From the IMG/VR virus record IMGVR_UViG_3300028581_000012: a stretch of DNA of 64,000 bases. The stretch is one strand, 5' to 3'. The notes beneath the pieces were generated by a model. That model did not search any database and was not told the DNA's origin. It saw only the letters and a program-made list of their open reading frames with translations. The position numbers were made by a program, and so were the translations under genes. Within the stretch, counting starts at the first letter, position 1. Every line of letters begins with the position of its first letter. The DNA is from a virus. This document shows positions 57,465 through 64,000 of this stretch, piece by piece.

Positions 57465-57968
57465 TTAGTCTTTTTGTGTTGGTGAGTTAAAGTTTTGTAT
57501 GTAACGAAATAAATTATTATACGCAGTATTCATAGCAGCATATTTTGGGAAATTTGCTTTGTTAGTGTTTTGGAAGGCAAAACAAAAATTACCATCTAGA
57601 AATTGTTCATTACCTTTTGTAATTTTAGGAATACAAGCCGATTGGAGTTCTTTACCTCTTACCCCTTTTCCTATCACAAGACCTTGTATTTTACCTATAT
57701 TACTTAAAATTGTTTGTCTAGCTTTAGAAATTTCCATAGGTGTATTATAAAATGTTTGACCGAAAATAGTTGACCCGTTTGGTGTTTGTTTTTCACCCTC
57801 AGCATTAGAATAATTCGGCATTGCAGATTTAACAGCATTTACGTAAGCAGTTACGTATGGGGTGGGATTAAATCCGTTTTCTTCCATTAAATAATTTCTT
57901 GATGTCGCATTTTGGTGCATTTCCAAAATACGTTGTTTTTCTGATTCTGAGATTATAAACTTGTTCAT
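57465..57968 (-). CDS. Hypothetical protein with N-terminal ISESEKQRILEMH leader
   Basis: ORF track; late motif upstream. Confidence 0.65.
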   Translation of the reverse strand: MNKFIISESEKQRILEMHQNATSRNYLMEENGFNPTPYVTAYVNAVKSAMPNYSNAEGEKQTPNGSTIFGQTFYNTPMEISKARQTILSNIGKIQGLVIGKGVRGKELQSACIPKITKGNEQFLDGNFCFAFQNTNKANFPKYAAMNTAYNNLFRYIQNFNSPTQKD

Positions 57969-58000
57969 AATTTTTTTATTTAATAATAAATATACTAATA

Positions 58001-58030
58001 AAAAAAAATCACCAACTTCTTGGTGATTTT
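58001..58030 (-). terminator. Intrinsic terminator after dnaK
   Basis: Minus strand AAAATCACCAA-GAAG-TTGGTGATTTTTTTT. Confidence 0.85.
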
Positions 58031-58044
58031 CTAAATAGTAATTT

Positions 58045-59898
58045 TTATTTTACTTCTTCAAAGTCAACATTTGTAACTTCTTCGTCTGAACTTGTTTCAT
58101 TTGTGGATTCATATAACTTTTGACTAATTGATTGAAATTCATTGTTAATTTCATCCATAAGTTTTTTTACATCATCAATATTTTTTTCATTATGAGCATT
58201 TTTTAACTTATCAATTTTTGAAGTCAAATTTTGTTGTTCCTCTTCTGATATTTTATCTTTTAAATCATCCAAAGATTTTGAAACTTGAAAAATCATTGAG
58301 TCGGCAGAATTTAATGTGTCAACGTCTTCTTTTAGTTTTTTATCTGTTTCTGCGTTAATTTCAGCCTCTTGTTTCATTTTTTCAATTTCTTCTTTTGATA
58401 AACCTGATGATGCTTCAATACGAATTGTTTGTTGCTTGTTTGTACCTTTATCAACCGCAGATACATTAATAATACCATTCGCATCAATATCAAAAGTAAC
58501 TTCAATTTGTGGAACACCTCTCATAGCAGGAGGCAATCCATCAAGATGGAATTTACCAATAGTTTTATTATCTTTTGCCATCGCTCTTTCTCCTTGAACC
58601 ACATGAATTTCTACGGTTGGTTGATTATCAACCGCCGTTGAAAATATTTCAGATTTTTTTGTTGGTATTGTTGTATTCGCATTAATTAGTTTAGTGAATA
58701 CCCCACCCATAGTTTCAATACCTAATGAAAGTGGCGTAACGTCCAATAACAATACGTCTGTAACATCACCTCCTAAAACACCCCCTTGGATTGCAGCTCC
58801 TAAAGCAACAACCTCATCGGGGTTTACACCTTTTGATGGTTCTTTACCAAAGAATTTTTTAACAGCTTCTTGAATTGCTGGAATACGGGTTGACCCACCA
58901 ACTAAAATAATTTCATCAATATCTGAAGGTTTTAGTCCCGCATTTTTAAGTGCCGACTCACAAGGTTTAATTGTTCTTTTAACTAAATCTTCAGTTAATT
59001 GGTCAAACTTTGATTTTGTAATTTTAACAACCAAATGTTTTGGTCCTGTGGCATCTGCCGTTAAATATGGAAGATTAATTTCAGTTTGAGGTGAAGATGA
59101 TAATTCTACTTTAGCTCTTTCTGCAGACTCCTTTAATCTTTGAAGTGCCATTGGGTCTTTTGTAACATCAATTCCTGTATCGTTTTTAAATTCGCTTACA
59201 AGAAAATCAATAATTACTTGGTCGAAGTCGTCACCACCTAAATGAGTATCACCATCTGTAGATAATACTTCAAAAACTCCATCCCCAAGTTCCAATATAG
59301 AAACATCGTGAGTTCCACCACCACAGTCAAAAACAACAATTTTCATATCTTTAGACATCTTGTCTAATCCGTATGCCAATGCTGCCGCTGTTGGTTCATT
59401 GATAATTCTTTTAACATTTAGTCCCGCAATTTCACCAGCCTCTTTTGTTGCCTGTCTTTGAGCGTCATTAAAGTATGCAGGTACCGTAATTACAGCGTCT
59501 GTAACTTTTTCACCTAAGTAATCTTCAGCCGTTTGTTTCATTTTTTGTAAAATGGCTGCTGATATTTCTTGTGGGGAATAGGTTCTATTGTCAATTTCTA
59601 CTCTTGGGTTATTTTTTTCATTGACAATCTTATAAGGAACTTTAGAATGTTCACTTTTTGTATCATTAAACGCACTACCCATAAATCTTTTAATTGAGTA
59701 GATTGTTTTTTCTGGATTTGTAACCGCCTGACGTTTAGCAGGGTCTCCAATTTTTCTTTCACCATCTTTGACAAATCCAACAATAGATGGTGTTGTTCTT
59801 TTACCTTCGCTGTTTGTGATTACCACAGGTTCGAGACCCTCCATTACTGCAACGCATGAATTTGTAGTTCCCAAATCCACTCCAATAATTTTTCCCAT
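58045..59898 (-). CDS. dnaK: Hsp70 chaperone DnaK
   Basis: [43 protein letters not shown]-terminal VDFEEVK. Confidence 0.98.
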   Translation of the reverse strand: MGKIIGVDLGTTNSCVAVMEGLEPVVITNSEGKRTTPSIVGFVKDGERKIGDPAKRQAVTNPEKTIYSIKRFMGSAFNDTKSEHSKVPYKIVNEKNNPRVEIDNRTYSPQEISAAILQKMKQTAEDYLGEKVTDAVITVPAYFNDAQRQATKEAGEIAGLNVKRIINEPTAAALAYGLDKMSKDMKIVVFDCGGGTHDVSILELGDGVFEVLSTDGDTHLGGDDFDQVIIDFLVSEFKNDTGIDVTKDPMALQRLKESAERAKVELSSSPQTEINLPYLTADATGPKHLVVKITKSKFDQLTEDLVKRTIKPCESALKNAGLKPSDIDEIILVGGSTRIPAIQEAVKKFFGKEPSKGVNPDEVVALGAAIQGGVLGGDVTDVLLLDVTPLSLGIETMGGVFTKLINANTTIPTKKSEIFSTAVDNQPTVEIHVVQGERAMAKDNKTIGKFHLDGLPPAMRGVPQIEVTFDIDANGIINVSAVDKGTNKQQTIRIEASSGLSKEEIEKMKQEAEINAETDKKLKEDVDTLNSADSMIFQVSKSLDDLKDKISEEEQQNLTSKIDKLKNAHNEKNIDDVKKLMDEINNEFQSISQKLYESTNETSSDEEVTNVDFEEVK

Positions 59899-59927
59899 TT
59901 TTATTTAACATTATTTTTTAGTTTATT

Positions 59928-60060
59928 TTTGGTCCATTTTTGACCAAAGTTGTGCCAATATAAAAGATATGACAAAATGTCAGTATATCAAGTTAGTAGT
60001 ATGACAATATTACAAATAATTAAAAAATATTGATTTATATTTTTAGTTGGATTACTTTTA
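59928..60060. promoter_or_regulatory. Divergent dnaK/clp control region with TGACA-AAA-TGTCA palindrome, sigma54-like TTGGCAC (minus) and ATTG-N20-TACTTTTA (plus)
   Basis: Palindrome 59970-59982; minus strand TTGGCACAACTTTGG around 59944-59958; hairpin TTTGGTC/GACCAAA 59928-59948. Confidence 0.45.
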
Positions 60061-60074
60061 AAAAAAAACACAAT

Positions 60075-62111
60075 ATGATAGAATCTGCAGACAACAACGA
60101 AAAAGATAAAGCTAAAAAACCTGAAACAGGCTCTAAAACTCTCGTCCTTGATAATTTTTCAAGAGATTTGATTAAGGCGGCCGAAGAAGGTAAATTAGAC
60201 CCAATAATTGGTAGAGAGCAAGAAATAAATAGAATTGCCCAAATTCTATCAAGAAGAAAGAAAAATAACCCAATTATTATTGGTGAACCTGGTTGTGGAA
60301 AAACTGCAATTGTAGAAGGATTGGCTAAAAAAATATTTGAGGGGGATTGTCCTCAAAACCTTGTTGGTAAAAGAATTGTTTCTTTAGATTTAACTTCAGT
60401 AGTTGCAGGAACAAAATACAGAGGTCAGTTTGAGGAAAGAATGAAAGTGATAATTGAAGAATTGTACGCAAATCCTGATATTATTATCTTTATTGATGAA
60501 ATCCACACTATGATTGGAGCAGGTAACGCTTCAGGTTCTATGGATGCATCAAACATATTTAAACCCGCTCTTTCAAGAGGTGAAATACAATGCATTGGTG
60601 CAACGACCTTAGAAGAATATAGAAAAAATATTGAAAAAGATGGGGCATTAGAAAGAAGATTTCAAAAAGTAGTTGTTGACCCATCAACAAAAGAAGAAAC
60701 ATTAGAAATATTAAAACAATCAAAAGACCGATATGAAAAACATCATAAAGTAAAATATAGTGAAGACATTTTAAAACTTTGTGTTGAGTTGGCAGATAGA
60801 TACATCACAGACAGAGAATTTCCCGATAAGGCTTTTGATATTATTGATGAGGTTGGAGCAAGAAGTCAGGTTGAAATAAAACTTCCTGAAGTTATTGAAA
60901 AACTAAAAAAAGAAGCTCAAGAAATAAAATCTTTGAAAATTGAAGTAATCAATAAACAAAAATATGAAGAAGCCGCAGATTTAAGAGATAGGGAAAGAAG
61001 AGTTTTAGGTGAATTACAAAAAGAAAAAGAAAATTTTGAAAAAAATAGAGACCTATATAGAAAAGAAGTGACGGAAGATATTGTTTATGATGTTACATCT
61101 TTGATGACAAAAATTCCAATTAATAAAATAACAACAGATGAATCAATTCAATTGGCATCTTTAAATGAGGTTTTAAATTCAAAAGTAATTGGTCAAAATG
61201 AGGCTGTTTCAAAAATTGCAAGAGCAATTCAAAGAAACAAGGTTGGATTAAACGACCCTAAAAAACCAATATTTAGTGGACTTCTAATTGGAAATTCAGG
61301 TGTTGGTAAAACTGAATTGGCAAAACAATTAGCAAAACATATGTTTAATAGCGAAGATGCACTTATTAGATTAGATATGAGTGAATTTTCAGATAAGATT
61401 GCAACCTCAAAATTAACAGGAACATCACCAGGTTATGTGGGGTATGAGGACGGTTCACCATTTTTAAATAAAATTAAAAACAAACCTTACTCTGTTATTT
61501 TGTTAGACGAAATTGAAAAGGCACATCCTGAAATTTTTAACGTATTTTTACAAATGTTAGATGAAGGGTTTTTAACGGATGGTCACGGAAGAAAAATTAA
61601 CTTCAAAAATTGTATAATTCTAATGACATCTAATGTTGGGACTAGAGTTGTTCAACAGTTCGGTACAGGTGTTGGTTTTTCAACATCACATAAAGAAGAA
61701 ACAAAAGATGAAGAAATCAAATCTTTATTGGAAAAAGAATTATTCAAAAAGTTTGCTCCTGAGTTTATTAACAGATTTGATGACATCGTATATTTTAAAG
61801 ACCTTAACGATGATGATTTAATGAAAATCCTTAATTTGGAACTTGAAAAATTATACAGTAGAGTTTTGAATTTAGAATATAATGTTCAAGTTGAAGATTC
61901 TTTGAAAAATCATTTAATTAAAGTGGGAACCGATACAAGGTTTGGAGCTCGTATTTTAAAACGGACCGTTCAAAAATGGATTGACGATGCAATTACGGAA
62001 AAAATTCTTTCAGATAACCCAGAAAAAAATTCAACATTTGTGTTATCTTTTGATGAAAAAAATATTAAAACTGAAGTTAAAATTAAAAAACCAACAAAAA
62101 GAAAAAAATAA
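60075..62111 (+). CDS. Clp/Hsp100 AAA+ ATPase (ClpC/ClpE-like) lacking the N-terminal Clp-repeat domain
   Basis: LDPIIGR..EI, GEPGCGKT, FIDEIH, UVR-like YEEAA.LRD, GNSGVGKT, LLDEIEKAH, VGF loop. Start at ATG 60075 preferred over TTG 60030. Confidence 0.92.
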   Translation: MIESADNNEKDKAKKPETGSKTLVLDNFSRDLIKAAEEGKLDPIIGREQEINRIAQILSRRKKNNPIIIGEPGCGKTAIVEGLAKKIFEGDCPQNLVGKRIVSLDLTSVVAGTKYRGQFEERMKVIIEELYANPDIIIFIDEIHTMIGAGNASGSMDASNIFKPALSRGEIQCIGATTLEEYRKNIEKDGALERRFQKVVVDPSTKEETLEILKQSKDRYEKHHKVKYSEDILKLCVELADRYITDREFPDKAFDIIDEVGARSQVEIKLPEVIEKLKKEAQEIKSLKIEVINKQKYEEAADLRDRERRVLGELQKEKENFEKNRDLYRKEVTEDIVYDVTSLMTKIPINKITTDESIQLASLNEVLNSKVIGQNEAVSKIARAIQRNKVGLNDPKKPIFSGLLIGNSGVGKTELAKQLAKHMFNSEDALIRLDMSEFSDKIATSKLTGTSPGYVGYEDGSPFLNKIKNKPYSVILLDEIEKAHPEIFNVFLQMLDEGFLTDGHGRKINFKNCIILMTSNVGTRVVQQFGTGVGFSTSHKEETKDEEIKSLLEKELFKKFAPEFINRFDDIVYFKDLNDDDLMKILNLELEKLYSRVLNLEYNVQVEDSLKNHLIKVGTDTRFGARILKRTVQKWIDDAITEKILSDNPEKNSTFVLSFDEKNIKTEVKIKKPTKRKK

Positions 62112-62142
62112 TTTGTTAATGTGTTTTTTTAGTTTATATTTG
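62112..62142 (+). promoter_or_regulatory. Consensus Bacteroidetes sigma70 promoter TTTG-N19-TATATTTG
   Basis: Exact -33/-7 consensus 16 nt before the ATG at 62159. Confidence 0.75.
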
Positions 62143-62158
62143 TTAAAACAAACCAATA

Positions 62159-63193
62159 ATGAACATAGATAAATTTAAAGAACTTCTTTCCGTACCATCA
62201 AAAACATATCAAGAAGAAGATATGGTTGAATACATATGTGATGAGTTGGAAAAAATTCAAGGAGTTACATATTACCGTGATTCTATGATGAATATCTATG
62301 TTACAAAAGGTATTTTGGAAGAAGATGAATATTATCCAATGTTTATTGCTCACACCGATACCGTTCACACCAAAATTGATAAAATTGTTGTTAAAGAAGA
62401 AAAACTTCAAAGACCTTATACTTTTGGAAAAACTTTTGACAACACAGAAGTTGATGTATTAAAAGCATATGACAAATATGACAACCCAACAGGTATTGGT
62501 GGTGATGACAAATGTGGAATTTTTATTTGTTTGGAATTATTAAAACAATTAGATAAAGTTAAGGTTGGTTTATTTGTTTCAGAAGAAACAGGATGTCACG
62601 GCTCATCAAAATGTGATGAAAACTTTTTACAAGATGTTGGTTATATTACACAATACGATGCACCTGGAAATCACCTAATTTCCGAGATTTGCTCGGGAGT
62701 TCGTTTATTTGAAAGAGATAGTGAATTTTTTAATATTGTGATTCCAACAATTGAAGAGTCATTTAAAAATGAAATGTTAGTTCAATCTCACCCATATACC
62801 GATATATCACAACTTAAAAAGAAAATTGATGTTTGTTGTATTAATATGTCTTGTGGATATTACAATATGCATACCTCAAATGAGTTTATATCAATTGATG
62901 ATGTAATTTGTGCAATTGATGCAGGAAAAAATATGGTTGAAAAACTTGGATTAAAAAAATACAAATACGAATATAAACCAATTGTTTATACGCCAAATAC
63001 CGTTATGAATTCACTAATTGATTTTGATTATGATGAAGATGAGTTGGTCCATAATTTGGATTCAATTGAAGTGATTGAAGAAAGTGAAGGAATTTATATT
63101 ATGGATTCTTATCAAGGGGAATCTGTTTTTATTTCAGATGAAAATTTACCAGCACTTTATGAAATAATAAGAGAAAGACTTCTTGGATTATAA
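62159..63193 (+). CDS. M20/M28-family zinc peptidase
   Basis: AHTDTVH, GGDDKCG, EETGC.GS, GYY..H. Confidence 0.8.
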   Translation: MNIDKFKELLSVPSKTYQEEDMVEYICDELEKIQGVTYYRDSMMNIYVTKGILEEDEYYPMFIAHTDTVHTKIDKIVVKEEKLQRPYTFGKTFDNTEVDVLKAYDKYDNPTGIGGDDKCGIFICLELLKQLDKVKVGLFVSEETGCHGSSKCDENFLQDVGYITQYDAPGNHLISEICSGVRLFERDSEFFNIVIPTIEESFKNEMLVQSHPYTDISQLKKKIDVCCINMSCGYYNMHTSNEFISIDDVICAIDAGKNMVEKLGLKKYKYEYKPIVYTPNTVMNSLIDFDYDEDELVHNLDSIEVIEESEGIYIMDSYQGESVFISDENLPALYEIIRERLLGL

Positions 63194-64000
63194 ATCGTCT
63201 TTTGTTAAATCAAACAACGGTTCTGTATTCAACAAATTTAATAGATATTCAAAACTTGTTTTCATCATTTTGTAGTTGTAACCACCATCAAGTTTTCTAA
63301 ATTGATAAGTTATTTGCAAATTTTTGTTATCAACTTTATTAATCTTAATTGAATATTTTTTGTTTTTTGAATATATCCACGTTTCAAGACCTCCCAATTT
63401 TTGTATTTCATCTATTAATTTAAAAAACTTCAAGTTATACTGTTCGGTATTATCTTTAATGTTTTCTAGTTCATTTTCAAGAATACTTGTAACTTTGTTA
63501 TTCCAATATTCATTAAATGCTTGTCCGTCCCAAAAATTATGTTGCATTTCATAATATTCAGGAAGGTGGTTTACATTTGCCGTTTCTACGGCCTTAAATA
63601 ATAAATCCAATAATAAATCATCAGGTTCACCAAATCTTGCAAATAACATAATGGCAGACCCCCAACTTAACTCATACTTCCAAAAACAATATTTATCTGA
63701 ATATCTTTCAATACCAATTTCATCTAAACAATTACAATAAGCCTTTTCTATACCTTCTGGCACCTCATTTTCAACCGCAAGAACTGAAGCGTCAATATAA
63801 GCATCAGTAATTGCATCTTCTAAACCTAAAATTTCAAGTAAATTTGTGATTTTATCAGTATCTTTTGAAATAACTTTACCATTTTTCAATTCTATTGAAT
63901 TATATACTTCAGAAGAAAGGTATTTTGAAATTTCTTTAACTATAGATAACTGCTCATAAGTAAAATAATCAATAACATACCCCTCACGCCAATCATCATA
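63188..64000 (-). CDS. Hypothetical protein, C-terminal part (frame open to the right edge)
   Basis: No in-frame stop between 63889 and 64000, so the true start lies outside the window. Confidence 0.7.
   Translation of the reverse strand, partial: YDDWREGYVIDYFTYEQLSIVKEISKYLSSEVYNSIELKNGKVISKDTDKITNLLEILGLEDAITDAYIDASVLAVENEVPEGIEKAYCNCLDEIGIERYSDKYCFWKYELSWGSAIMLFARFGEPDDLLLDLLFKAVETANVNHLPEYYEMQHNFWDGQAFNEYWNNKVTSILENELENIKDNTEQYNLKFFKLIDEIQKLGGLETWIYSKNKKYSIKINKVDNKNLQITYQFRKLDGGYNYKMMKTSFEYLLNLLNTEPLFDLTKDDL

Noticed and set aside
60030-60074. TTG start for the Clp ATPase, and similarly GTG 20414 for the GT
   Set aside because: The extensions overlap a predicted promoter or a coupled small ORF; ATG 60075 and ATG 20483 fit better.
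58045-63193. Bacterial chromosome or prophage junction suggested by dnaK/clp
   Set aside because: Composition, terminator style and gene density are continuous with the phage genes, and no integrase or att site is visible.
1-64000. Stop-codon reassignment, as in some Bacteroidetes phages
   Set aside because: Core genes are full length in code 11, and TAA, TAG and TGA all occur as gene ends.
1-64000. tRNA, rRNA or group I intron
   Set aside because: Intergenic gaps are short and I saw no cloverleaf or interrupted gene other than the two inteins. A covariance-model scan was not possible.

Overview
This is a 64-kb, AT-rich, gene-dense segment of a large T4-like (myovirus) jumbo bacteriophage, read in standard code 11. 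The host is very probably Bacteroidetes, based on TTTG-N19/20-TAnnTTT(G/A) promoters, SD-less starts, a Bacteroidetes-type DnaK C-terminus and a DUF4494-like gene. The window carries the virion core genes: tail sheath (partial), tail completion, neck proteins, gp5-like hub, major capsid, scaffold, prohead protease, portal and terminase. It also carries a family-B DNA polymerase, a SNF2/HARP-like helicase and a gp55-like late sigma factor. Host-like genes include bS21, SOD, PhoH, dUTPase, DnaK, a ClpC-like ATPase and an M28 peptidase. A ~17-kb glycan cluster holds about 9 glycosyltransferases (4 fucosyltransferase-like), Gmd, a DegT aminotransferase, and acetyl- and methyltransferases. Four observations stand out. 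(1) The helicase intein has its homing endonuclease encoded in the +1 frame, nested inside the still-open intein frame, with visible codon signatures of dual-frame selection. (2) An [S/T]-G-x-T motif is strongly enriched in virion proteins next to a large glycosyltransferase cluster, a candidate phage-encoded virion glycosylation system. (3) A TATTTAT(A/T) late-promoter motif, the reverse complement of the T4 late promoter, often lies only 3-4 nt from the ATG. (4) A set of late genes, including SOD and a WYL protein, have helical leaders ending in prohead-protease-type hydrophobic-x-E sites. All functional calls come from motif recognition by eye; no database searches were run.
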